This document shows, one piece after another, positions 15,121 to 23,636 of a DNA stretch of 33,560 bases; positions within the stretch are counted from its first letter, which is position 1, and every line of letters begins with the position of its first letter. Origin of the DNA: a virus (taxonomy: Duplodnaviria; Caudoviricetes); the IMG/VR virus record IMGVR_UViG_3300016484_000428, positions 1 to 33,560 of that record; one strand, written 5' to 3'. The notes beneath the pieces are model-generated. The model was not told the DNA's origin. It did no database searches and was given only the letters and a program-made list of their open reading frames with translations. Both the position numbers and the translations under genes were made by a program.

Positions 15121-15576
15121 TTAACTCAGATGCACCGTCGGCCCGACCGCCAGCAGCCCATAGGCCAGCCGCGTCTCGTTGCCGCTATCCGTTCGCTTCA
15201 ATTCCCACCAGTACGACCGCTGTGCAATGGTCATGTTCGCCGCGCTCAGACTGACTGTGGCCCGCTGTGTGTTGCTGGTCGGGTTCTGATGGTAGCTGCC
15301 GCTGATGGTGATGCCGCTGCCGGTCGTCTTCGCCAGCACGGCCTGCGCGTCCGGGTCGCTGAGGTCGTCCTTCAGCATCCAGGACAAGCCCCAGCCGGTG
15401 ATCTCGCGGATCGTCGTCTCGGTCGTGTCGGTGTAGGTCGTAAACGCCAGGCTGACGTCGCACCCGTAGTCTACATGGATCGTCGTTTGAATCCCGCCCA
15501 CTGCCGCCCCCTCCAGTGCGATCGACGTGATGCCGGCCGCGTGAATCAACATCGAACCCTCGACCGCTTGTGCCAT
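15121..15576 (-). CDS. BppU N-terminal-like beta-sandwich virion protein
   Basis: DYGCDVSLAF..ITGWGLSWMLK..ATVSLSAANMTI..YWWELKRTD..RLAYG pattern. Confidence 0.55.
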   Translation of the reverse strand: MAQAVEGSMLIHAAGITSIALEGAAVGGIQTTIHVDYGCDVSLAFTTYTDTTETTIREITGWGLSWMLKDDLSDPDAQAVLAKTTGSGITISGSYHQNPTSNTQRATVSLSAANMTIAQRSYWWELKRTDSGNETRLAYGLLAVGPTVHLS

Positions 15577-16070
15577 CAGACGAACTCCATCAGACGATTC
15601 AGCCAGCCGCCCGCGAAGACGCGCTGCGACGGGTCACTGAGCAGCCGCGCCAGATGCCGGCCCCGCGCCTGCAGCACCGACCGCCGCAGGGCGTCCGCGC
15701 CCTGCACCGCCACGGCCGAGAGCGTCTGCGGCCCGATCGCCCCGTCGACCGTCACGCCGGCCGCCCGCTGCAGATCCATGATCGCCCGCCGGGGGCCGCT
15801 ATGCGCACCGTAATCCACCAGCAGGGCCCGCAGCCGCGGGTCGACGATCTGATCGAAGCCGGGGGCCTCGACATACTGCCGCAGGTAGATTGCCCGCGCC
15901 TCGGCCTCCGTCAGCCGCTGCACGTCCTCAGCCGTCACCGGGGCCTTGCGCCACGCTGAGAGCGTCGCGCGCGTGATGCCGTAATTCGTCGGCCCGCCTC
16001 GGTCGTGCGGATGGTCGACATAGCCGCCCTCCCGCCGCAGCACCTCGGCGAGGATCTCGTCGGTCGTCAT
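15576..16070 (-). CDS. Endolysin, glycoside hydrolase family 108 with a C-terminal PG-binding domain
   Basis: REGGYVDHPHDRGGPTNYGIT, LQRAAGVTVDGAIGPQTL, FAGGWLNR. Confidence 0.9.
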   Translation of the reverse strand: MTTDEILAEVLRREGGYVDHPHDRGGPTNYGITRATLSAWRKAPVTAEDVQRLTEAEARAIYLRQYVEAPGFDQIVDPRLRALLVDYGAHSGPRRAIMDLQRAAGVTVDGAIGPQTLSAVAVQGADALRRSVLQARGRHLARLLSDPSQRVFAGGWLNRLMEFV

Positions 16071-16312
16071 CGGTCGGCCCACCACTGGATCAGCGTCACC
16101 AGCACGACGACGACACCGGCGACCGTGCCGCCGGCCAGCATGCCGACGCGGCCGGGGCTGCGGTCCTCGAGGATCGCCACCTTGCGCTCGAGTGTCGCCA
16201 CGCGCCCGTTCTGCTGGGCGACCTTGTCGCGCAGCTCGGTCAGCAGCGCGACGACCTGATTGTGCCGCTCGTCCAGCAGCTGCCAGAACAGATCGTCGTC
16301 AGGCCGTGGCAT
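16067..16312 (-). CDS. Holin-like protein (coiled coil + C-terminal TM)
   Basis: QNGRVATLE coiled coil followed by a hydrophobic tail; directly upstream of and coupled to the endolysin. Confidence 0.55.
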   Translation of the reverse strand: MPRPDDDLFWQLLDERHNQVVALLTELRDKVAQQNGRVATLERKVAILEDRSPGRVGMLAGGTVAGVVVVLVTLIQWWADR

Positions 16313-16580
16313 CGTCGGTTCCCGTGTCCGGTGCGGGCTTGGCTGGCAGCGCCATCGTCACCGGCATCCCCGCAAACGCCGACATCTGCGGCAGCAGAGT
16401 CTGCATGAATGGGCGCAGCGTCGCCGCGAACTGCGCCGCCGCCTCGGGCGGTGCCGTCATGCTGCGATGTCCGACCGGGCCGAGCGTATCGTCGACCAGA
16501 TCCACCCCCGCTGTAAAATGAATTGCGCCGTCGGCGCCGACGGCGATATGCGCCGTGATCCAGTTGCCTTTGATTGCCAT
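16299..16580 (-). CDS. Hypothetical tail-fibre-associated protein (93 aa)
   Basis: GAGG RBS; located between the fibre and lysis genes. Confidence 0.55.
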   Translation of the reverse strand: MAIKGNWITAHIAVGADGAIHFTAGVDLVDDTLGPVGHRSMTAPPEAAAQFAATLRPFMQTLLPQMSAFAGMPVTMALPAKPAPDTGTDDATA

Positions 16581-16597
16581 GCCCGCCCCTCGCGTGG

Positions 16598-17002
16598 TTA
16601 TTTGCAGTAATTCAAATGCAGCCCGACGACGGCCAGCCGATTTGTGCCGTCGATTGACCGCAATGTGAGATCATCGTTTCCATCGAGGTCGGCATCCTTC
16701 GGCCCATTGCCGACCACAAACCACCAGCCGCGCACGGGCAGATACCACATGAGCTCCAGACAGAGGCCGGACGTCGGATTCCACGCCATCAGGCCGCTCC
16801 GGCGCGGATGCACGCGGACCAGCTGAAACTCTCCGGTCGGATGATAGAGCAGCCACGCCGCCACGCCGTCGACGACGACCGGAAACGGCGTGGTGTCCTG
16901 CAGGCCGTACTGTGCCAGGCTGACATCAAGTTTTGCAGTTTGTGCTGAGGCATGCGCGGTCATGGTGACCGCCAACAATACCGCCATCCATCCTGTTTTC
17001 AT
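16598..17002 (-). CDS. Secreted protein with a signal peptide and a DxDxDG loop (134 aa)
   Basis: MKTGWMAVLLAVTMTAHASA|Q signal peptide; DADLDGNDD; GGAGGAG RBS. Confidence 0.6.
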   Translation of the reverse strand: MKTGWMAVLLAVTMTAHASAQTAKLDVSLAQYGLQDTTPFPVVVDGVAAWLLYHPTGEFQLVRVHPRRSGLMAWNPTSGLCLELMWYLPVRGWWFVVGNGPKDADLDGNDDLTLRSIDGTNRLAVVGLHLNYCK

Positions 17003-17022
17003 TGCTCATCTCCTCCGCGCCA

Positions 17023-18423
17023 TTATGACAGCGCCGTCGTGCTGACAAGATACGTGTTGGCCGCCATCGCCAGCTGCAGGGCATTCCCCGATCGGCTGTA
17101 CGTGCGCGCGGTTGGCGATCCGTTGCTGTTATAGGTGACCACGACAGTCGGAGCCACGTTACGGCTGGCCATGACCACATCGCAGAATGAATTACTCGTC
17201 AGAAATTCATTGCCCGTCACCACAACCAAAGAACCGAAGAACTCCGCATCAGCCAGGATCGTCGTGGCCGTAGTGCCAACGGATTGCGTTTGATACCCGG
17301 CGAAGATCTTGCGCTGCAGGCCCACGACCAGCTGGACCTGATTGTTGGACGACTCGACCAGATAGGTATCGCCCGTGCCCGCCGAGCCGTCGAGGTAGAG
17401 ACGCGCCGTGGCATTGATCCCGATGTTCCCGCCGGTCCCTACCCTGAACTTGGTCGTAGCAGATCCATTCGTGGCGACCTGAAAATCGTAGCCGGTTTCG
17501 ACGAAAATTCCGACGTTGCCGTCACTTGTTCCAGAGTACAGGCCGACCTGCGAAAAATAGCCGCGCGTTGATCCGTTCTCTGCTAGGAAGATCCCGGTTT
17601 TGCCAGCAGTGGCCTGATTGAATCGAGCGACCACGCTTCCCGCAGCGCCGGTGACATCCAGCCGGTAGCTCGGCGACGTGCCGATCCCGAGGTTGCCTGC
17701 CAGGCGTGTAACCTTATCGCCGCGAAACTCTGCGATGTCGGCACCAGCCGAATCGGTAATCAGAAACGTTTCAGAGGCCGACGTGCCAGGCACGCCGATC
17801 AGAAACGAGCCAGTGACATACCGCCCGAACCGGCCACCGAATGATCCGACCGTGGTGCCCCAATCAAGATACTTGCCTACGGTGAGCTTCAAGTGATCGT
17901 CGAACACATACCCGCTGCTGGCCCCGGCAAAGGTCAGCGTGTTGGCACTATGCGTGACCGTGATATCGCCGTTGTCAAAGTTGATGACCGCGCCTGACGC
18001 GAGGAACAGGTCACTCCACTGCGTGGTCGTGGTGCCGAGCGCCGCCCCGTCATTGGTGGCGGGGCGCAGAGGCCCATTGGCAAACGTGTAGCCATTCGCT
18101 GCGCCCGCAAACGCCAGCGCATCCGTGCTGTGCGTGATCGTGACGTCGCCGCTGGCGAAGTTGATCGAGCCGCCCGAGGGCAGATTGACCACCGACGCGA
18201 TCAGCGGGGCATAGGCGCTGTCGTCGCCCTCGCGCACGGCCAGCGTGCCCGATTCCAGATCCAGCCGCACGCCGGCTGTGGTCGCCGCGCCGATGATCAC
18301 GGCTGTGTCGAAGACTGGCGCGGTCTTCAGGTAGATCAGGTTATTGACGATGTCGGCATTCCAGACCGCCGGCGTCACAAGGAAGCCGAGGCTGCGGGTT
18401 GCGGGCGTGGTCCAGACAGACAT
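17023..18423 (-). CDS. Tail fibre / receptor-binding protein (466 aa)
   Basis: G/S/T/N-rich beta repeats, GNLGIGT/GNIGINA motifs, internal duplication INFASGDVTITHS/INFDNGDITVTHS; position after the tail tip gene. Confidence 0.7.
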   Translation of the reverse strand: MSVWTTPATRSLGFLVTPAVWNADIVNNLIYLKTAPVFDTAVIIGAATTAGVRLDLESGTLAVREGDDSAYAPLIASVVNLPSGGSINFASGDVTITHSTDALAFAGAANGYTFANGPLRPATNDGAALGTTTTQWSDLFLASGAVINFDNGDITVTHSANTLTFAGASSGYVFDDHLKLTVGKYLDWGTTVGSFGGRFGRYVTGSFLIGVPGTSASETFLITDSAGADIAEFRGDKVTRLAGNLGIGTSPSYRLDVTGAAGSVVARFNQATAGKTGIFLAENGSTRGYFSQVGLYSGTSDGNVGIFVETGYDFQVATNGSATTKFRVGTGGNIGINATARLYLDGSAGTGDTYLVESSNNQVQLVVGLQRKIFAGYQTQSVGTTATTILADAEFFGSLVVVTGNEFLTSNSFCDVVMASRNVAPTVVVTYNSNGSPTARTYSRSGNALQLAMAANTYLVSTTALS

Positions 18424-18434
18424 CGTGATCGCTC

Positions 18435-19946
18435 CTAGAAGGACAGCCGGGTCGACACGCCCAGCTCGCTAAAGTTTGCCACACCGAGCGCCCAATAGAC
18501 TGAGGTATCGGCCGGGGCCAGCCCCCACGTGACGCGCGGAATACCGGGGGCGACCACCTCCAGATCGACCGACTGGATATAGTAGGACGCCGACACGCCA
18601 GTCACCGTCTCCGCGAGGGCGATACGGTCGCCCACGTCGCGCGCCAGAATCTGCGTCTGCAGCGCGGCTGTGCTGGGGGCGATCGCCATCGCCGCGACAT
18701 TCAGCGGGCTGCCGTACAGGCCCAGCGTATAGAGGGCGATGTCGCTGCCGACCGCCGGGTTGTTCAGGTAGGGCAGATCGAGGTTCGCCACCTGCTCGCC
18801 GTAGCTGGCCAGCAGGCTGGTATTTTCGGCTTCGGCCACCGTGTTCTCGTAGTCGTAAATGCCCTTCCCCCGCGCCTGCAGCTTCGTCACGTAGCCCGTG
18901 CTTGTGCCTGTGTTCGTCAGCTCCCAGCGCACGCCGTTCCCGCCCAGGCTGGCCACGACCGTCAGCGACGCCGTGAGATCCGTGCCGCTACCATCGGCCG
19001 CGCTGTTGAAGGTGTAGTCCGTCGTTGCGACGGGCGTGACCATGTCGTAGCCGCCCACGCGCGAGGCCCGGTCGTTTGGGTCGGTGTACGGGCCCAGCAG
19101 CGTGACCGTCTGCCCGCCGTCGATCTTCGTCGACGACTGCAGGCGATACAACACGACGGTCGCCGTATCCACCACGCGCGGATGCGCGACCACCTGCACG
19201 CGCGTCAGCAGGTTATCCCGCGTCGCCGTCACGCCCAGATCCCTCATGCTGTTAGTGAAGGTTGCCGCATCCGTCTGGTTGATACGATCCGAGCGCGCTT
19301 CGAATGTTGCTTGCCCGGTGCCCTTCACGTAGAAATAGCCCAGCTCCGACAGCGTGACACGGGCGATCTCCTGCAGGATCGGGTTCGGCTTGTCGTCGCG
19401 CGCGGTGTCGAGGGCATATGCAAACGTCTCGCGGCCAGTATCAATTAGCTGCGACTCTGGCGACCGCGGCACGTTGCCGATCAGCAGGCTGATGATCTCG
19501 TCGCTGCGCTTGTTCAGCTGCGTGATCAGCCCCGCGACGGTCGCCCGCGCGGCCTCATCGATCCAGTCAGCCGCGACCACCTGCACCGCCCGCGGCCCAT
19601 ACGTCCCGGCGACCGGCACCAGCGACACGATCGAGCCGATGAACTTCACATACCAGGTCGACGTGGCCGGGTCCTGCAGCTGCACGCGCACGCGGATGCC
19701 AAGGTTAAACCCTGTCCGCACTGATGGACCGCCCGGCGAATAGTAGCCGAGGGTTGATGCGCTGTTCCTGGCGCTGTTGTTCAGGCTAAAGCTACAGCTG
19801 CCCGCGCTCGCCGTGCGATCGGCCGGGCCGGCCCCACGGATGCCGTAGCCGATGCGGATCGACGACAGCACGTCGGCCGTGATCGCCGTCCAGCCGGCCC
19901 CGCGGCCGCTCAGCTCAAGCTCGACACGTGGCGTGACATTCGGCAT
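18435..19946 (-). CDS. Tail tip / minor tail protein (503 aa)
   Basis: Immediately follows the tape measure; beta-rich; RDVGDRIALAE..YYIQSV C-terminal pattern typical of hub proteins. Confidence 0.7.
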   Translation of the reverse strand: MPNVTPRVELELSGRGAGWTAITADVLSSIRIGYGIRGAGPADRTASAGSCSFSLNNSARNSASTLGYYSPGGPSVRTGFNLGIRVRVQLQDPATSTWYVKFIGSIVSLVPVAGTYGPRAVQVVAADWIDEAARATVAGLITQLNKRSDEIISLLIGNVPRSPESQLIDTGRETFAYALDTARDDKPNPILQEIARVTLSELGYFYVKGTGQATFEARSDRINQTDAATFTNSMRDLGVTATRDNLLTRVQVVAHPRVVDTATVVLYRLQSSTKIDGGQTVTLLGPYTDPNDRASRVGGYDMVTPVATTDYTFNSAADGSGTDLTASLTVVASLGGNGVRWELTNTGTSTGYVTKLQARGKGIYDYENTVAEAENTSLLASYGEQVANLDLPYLNNPAVGSDIALYTLGLYGSPLNVAAMAIAPSTAALQTQILARDVGDRIALAETVTGVSASYYIQSVDLEVVAPGIPRVTWGLAPADTSVYWALGVANFSELGVSTRLSF

Positions 19947-19948
19947 GA

Positions 19949-22435
19949 CTACCCCGCCACCAGCACGGCATCGCGCACCGCCCGCGCCAGCGCCTGCGGC
20001 AACATCTGCATATCCGACCGCAGCCCGGCCACCTCAGCCGCGACCGCCTCCGACATCCAGCCCACGCCCATCGCCTCAGCGAATGCGCCCGCCTGGCCAC
20101 GGGGCACCACGGCCTCGTCGCCGTGCAGCATCGTCGCCGTCCCGCCGCCGAAGTTGCGGAACCATGAGCCCGTGCGTGCTTTGGTGCCGCGCGCGTAGCC
20201 CTCGCCGACGCGCGTCGGGTCGCCCTCCTGCTGCGTGTTGATGCTGATGTCGATCTCGCGGGGCAGGTCGTCCAGGGCCGAACTGACGCGCTCGATCGCG
20301 TCGACCGCCGTCTGGCCCTGCTGCTTCATCTTCGCTTCGATCTCGGCAATGACCGCTGCGCTGGCCTGCGCGCCCTGCTTGCTCGACTGCCACAGCCGCT
20401 CGGCATCACGCAGCGCCTCGGCTTCCGTGCGTCCCATCGCGATATAGGCGTCGCGAATGGCAATCACGGTCATCTTCCACGACTCGTTGCCCGCCTCGTT
20501 CTTCTGCGTCTGCGTCAGCAGGCCGGCCAGCTGCTTCTCGAAGTCGGCGACCGCCTGCCGTCCGCGCAGCTCCTCCTGCGACGGGCCGCCGAAGATCGAC
20601 TTAAAGAATCCTGCGATCTTCTCAGCGACCGGGCCGAACATCGGGCCCAGCGTCGGCAACAGGGCCGTCACGGCCGTGCCGATGCCGAAGGGCAGCGCGG
20701 CCGTGATAGCTGGGCCGAACTTCGTGGTGAAGGCCTGCATAAGGTTCGTCCCGATGCTGGCCCCGGCCGCACCGATCACCGAACCGCCGCCCTGAATGGC
20801 CGCGATAATCGACTGTGGCACGCCCTGCATTAGGCCGGCAAACCTGCTCACCGACTTCGTGCCGGCATCCTCCAGCACCGCCGACAGGCCCGAGATCGAC
20901 GGGGCCAGGACCGCGCCCGTCGCCATTGCCCACTCCTCTGTTGCCTTCTTCGCGGCCGCCGATGCCTTCGCCGACTCGTTGATCGACGTGTAGAGCAGCG
21001 TGCCATCGGCCTCGAGCCCGCGCGCGATGTTCTGCAGCGAGACGCCGGCATCGTCGATCGCTGGCTTCAGCTCGACGAAGTTGCCAGCCAGCGACTTCAC
21101 CGACTTGGCGAACTTATCGGTTTCGTCCTTCGCCGCCTTCTTGACCTTCGTGACCTTCTCAACCTTCTCGCTGTAGTCGCCGACGATCGGGGCCGCCGCC
21201 GCCACTGCGGCCGTGGTCGGCTCGACCGCCTTCTTGCCCATGTCCGCGATCGCCTGCCGCGCCTCCGCGGCCGACTGCCGCATCGACGCGATCGCCTCGG
21301 TCGTGATGCCCAGCTTGTCGGCCAGGAAGGGCACTTTCTGCGCCATCTCGCCAATGGCCGCGACGCCCTCGAGCACGGTCACTTTCCACGCCAGCAGGTT
21401 CGCCCGCAGAAAGTCGAAGCCCTTCGCCACATACTGCGCGGCTTGCCCGAGCACGCGGCCCAGGAGGTCGGCGATCAGCTCGATCGCCGGGGCCAGCGGC
21501 CCGAGCACCTGCCCGATGAGGCTGAGCCCGGCGGTAGCCAGCCGGCCGAGGGCATCGCCGGCCGCGTCACCACCGGCGACTGTTTCTTCGCTGAGGATCG
21601 CCCCGCTCGTTTCGGCCTGCTTGGCCAGCTCGGCCAGATTGCCACTGAACGCCGGCAAGAGATCCGCGCCGGCCTTGCCGAATACCTGCGTGGCAATCGT
21701 GGCCCGCTCCATCGGATTCGGAATCTTTGCGATGGCATCGCCGATCGTGGTGAAGGCCTGATCCGGCGACATCTTCAGCAGGTCGGCCGTGGAGAGGTTC
21801 AGCGCCTGCAGGCCGGCGACCGCGCTCTTGTCGCCAGTCACGAGGGCCTTCGACATCTTGGTCACTGCGCCACTGACCTGGTCGAGGCTGATGCCGGCCT
21901 GCTCCGTCACGTAGCCCAGCGTCTGCAGCGCGGTCGTGCCGATCCCCGTCTTCGCCGATAGGTCGGTCAGATTGCCGGTCAGGTCGAGCAGCTTTTTCCC
22001 GGCCGCGACGATCGTGCCGGCAATGGCGATCGGGCCGAGTGCGGTCATCAGCGAGGCCCCCACCGCCTTGATCGGAGCAGGCAGGGCCGCGAACAGGCCT
22101 TGCGTGGTCTTCGTCGCGTCGTTCAGCTTGACGATCTCGGCCGGCGCCTCGAGGCCCAGCGCCTTCATTTTCGCCAGCGCCTCGCCAGTCGTGCGATTCA
22201 CGCGGGCCATTTCGGCCTCGGTCAGCTTCGATGCCCCGCCGATCTCCTGCACCGCCAGCGCGGCCGCCGAGGCCTGGCGAATGATGCTCTCGCCACTGAA
22301 GCTATTGCCGACGCGCGTGACCGTGCTGGCCGTCACGCCGGCCGCTTGACCGATCTTGTCGAGCGAGCCCTGCGCGGCTTGGGCCTTCGCCAGGAAGTCG
22401 CTGAAGTCAGCTCGGAATGTCGCTACGACTGCCAC
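19949..22435 (-). CDS. Tape measure protein (828 aa)
   Basis: Ala/Gly-rich helical protein after the tail chaperones; LSAKTGIGTTALQTL, FGKAGADLLP and C-terminal YARGT..LHGDEAVVP motifs. Confidence 0.9.
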   Translation of the reverse strand: MAVVATFRADFSDFLAKAQAAQGSLDKIGQAAGVTASTVTRVGNSFSGESIIRQASAAALAVQEIGGASKLTEAEMARVNRTTGEALAKMKALGLEAPAEIVKLNDATKTTQGLFAALPAPIKAVGASLMTALGPIAIAGTIVAAGKKLLDLTGNLTDLSAKTGIGTTALQTLGYVTEQAGISLDQVSGAVTKMSKALVTGDKSAVAGLQALNLSTADLLKMSPDQAFTTIGDAIAKIPNPMERATIATQVFGKAGADLLPAFSGNLAELAKQAETSGAILSEETVAGGDAAGDALGRLATAGLSLIGQVLGPLAPAIELIADLLGRVLGQAAQYVAKGFDFLRANLLAWKVTVLEGVAAIGEMAQKVPFLADKLGITTEAIASMRQSAAEARQAIADMGKKAVEPTTAAVAAAAPIVGDYSEKVEKVTKVKKAAKDETDKFAKSVKSLAGNFVELKPAIDDAGVSLQNIARGLEADGTLLYTSINESAKASAAAKKATEEWAMATGAVLAPSISGLSAVLEDAGTKSVSRFAGLMQGVPQSIIAAIQGGGSVIGAAGASIGTNLMQAFTTKFGPAITAALPFGIGTAVTALLPTLGPMFGPVAEKIAGFFKSIFGGPSQEELRGRQAVADFEKQLAGLLTQTQKNEAGNESWKMTVIAIRDAYIAMGRTEAEALRDAERLWQSSKQGAQASAAVIAEIEAKMKQQGQTAVDAIERVSSALDDLPREIDISINTQQEGDPTRVGEGYARGTKARTGSWFRNFGGGTATMLHGDEAVVPRGQAGAFAEAMGVGWMSEAVAAEVAGLRSDMQMLPQALARAVRDAVLVAG

Positions 22436-22595
22436 AGGCGGCCCCCCGGTGATCTTTCGTGTTGCTCGTCGCGCAGTTGCTCGACCAGCACGTCATAAAC
22501 CGTCAGCGGCAGGGCCTCGAAGTCCTGCCACGTCCAGCGCATCAGTCGGCAGATGCCGAGCCCGGCGCGGATGTACTCGCGGTAGGGTTTTCCCC
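22423..22595 (-). CDS. Tail assembly chaperone -1 frameshift extension (gpT-like)
   Basis: GGGGAAAACCCT at 22584-22595; the -1 frame reads KPYREYIRAGLGICRLMRWTWQDFEALPLTVYDVLVEQLRDEQHERSPGGRLWQS* to TAG at 22423. Confidence 0.7.
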
Positions 22596-22949
22596 GCGTG
22601 ACGCCTCCTGCGCCTCAATGTGTGCCCGCACCGCAGCCTCGATGCGATCCCAAGCCGGCTTGGCCAGACTGTCGACCGCCGCCGGCGTGAAGGGCACGAC
22701 GCGCCCGCCGTCCTCCGTCAGGTTCCAGTCGACGATATAGGCCACCGTGTTCGCCTTCCAGATGGCCGCCAGATCGGGCTCGACAGTGCCGTTGGCGCGC
22801 ACGCTCTTGACCAGCGACTGCTGCACCGCCATCGACTCGCCCACGGTCAGCTCGCGCTTGACCGTCACCGTGTAGCCGTCGCCCAGGTCGAGATCGACCG
22901 TCGCCGGCGTGACAAACCATCGGATACTCTGCGGCTTTTTGCGTGTCAT
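22542..22949 (-). CDS. Tail assembly chaperone (gpG-like, 135 aa)
   Basis: MTRKKPQ..AYIVDWNLTEDGGRVVPFTPAAVDSL; ATGA start; position before the tape measure. Confidence 0.75.
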   Translation of the reverse strand: MTRKKPQSIRWFVTPATVDLDLGDGYTVTVKRELTVGESMAVQQSLVKSVRANGTVEPDLAAIWKANTVAYIVDWNLTEDGGRVVPFTPAAVDSLAKPAWDRIEAAVRAHIEAQEASRGENPTASTSAPGSASAD

Positions 22950-23218
22950 CGTCGCCCCTTCTGCTGTTGTGGCCCCAGCGTCACCGACAGCTGCGAGCCG
23001 TTCACGGTCATGCCTTCCACCGGATAGATCAGGGTCTGCCGTCCCACGTGCAGCAGGGCCGTCAGCGGCTCCTGCCCCATGCGGTAGGCGTCTTGCGTGA
23101 CCAGCTCGGCCTCGAGGGTCGCGCCGGTCGGGTGCGTGTGGAGACGCCACGGGCCGAACACGCAGGCGGGCAAATACGCCCACCGCAGCTCACCCGTGAC
23201 GCCTCGCACCTGCATCAT
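22946..23218 (-). CDS. Hypothetical tail-region protein (90 aa)
   Basis: Fills the gap between tail tube and chaperone; coupled stop/start. Confidence 0.55.
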   Translation of the reverse strand: MMQVRGVTGELRWAYLPACVFGPWRLHTHPTGATLEAELVTQDAYRMGQEPLTALLHVGRQTLIYPVEGMTVNGSQLSVTLGPQQQKGRR

Positions 23219-23226
23219 GTGCCGTC

Positions 23227-23634
23227 CTACGCGCGCGTGACCGCGCCGTTGAACACGAGGTTACCGCTGATGCTGACCGCCCCGCCAACGCTATCCTCGA
23301 CCGTCACCGACGTCGGCCACGCCTGCCCGGCCCAGTACCTCGTCGGGGCGCTGGCCGACGGGTACAGGTAGCACGCCACCGTGCCGCTGCCCTGCGCCTG
23401 GTCGAATGCGTCGAAGGGAATATCCGCATCGTCTGCGAAGAAACCGCTGAAGCTGGCATTCGCCGACTTGATCCCCATCACAAACGTTGACCAGCTGTCG
23501 CCCAGGCTGGTCACGTCGGCCGTGGCCTGCTCAATGTTGATCGTCCACTGCGTCAGGTTCGCCACCGACGACGCCGCACCGGCATTCGTCGCGGCCAGAT
23601 ACAGGACGCCCCCGCGCCCGTGATACTTCGGCAT
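23227..23634 (-). CDS. Major tail (tube) protein (135 aa)
   Basis: MPKYHGRGG..QWTINIE..DVTSLGDSW..GIKSANASFSGF..YWAGQAW..ISGNLVFNG tube-fold pattern; GGAGGAG RBS. Confidence 0.75.
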   Translation of the reverse strand: MPKYHGRGGVLYLAATNAGAASSVANLTQWTINIEQATADVTSLGDSWSTFVMGIKSANASFSGFFADDADIPFDAFDQAQGSGTVACYLYPSASAPTRYWAGQAWPTSVTVEDSVGGAVSISGNLVFNGAVTRA

Positions 23635-23636
23635 GG

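Noticed and set aside
17023-18423. Diversity-generating retroelement target in the fibre gene
   Set aside because: No reverse transcriptase or TR/VR pair seen; the internal repeat is a diverged protein-level duplication
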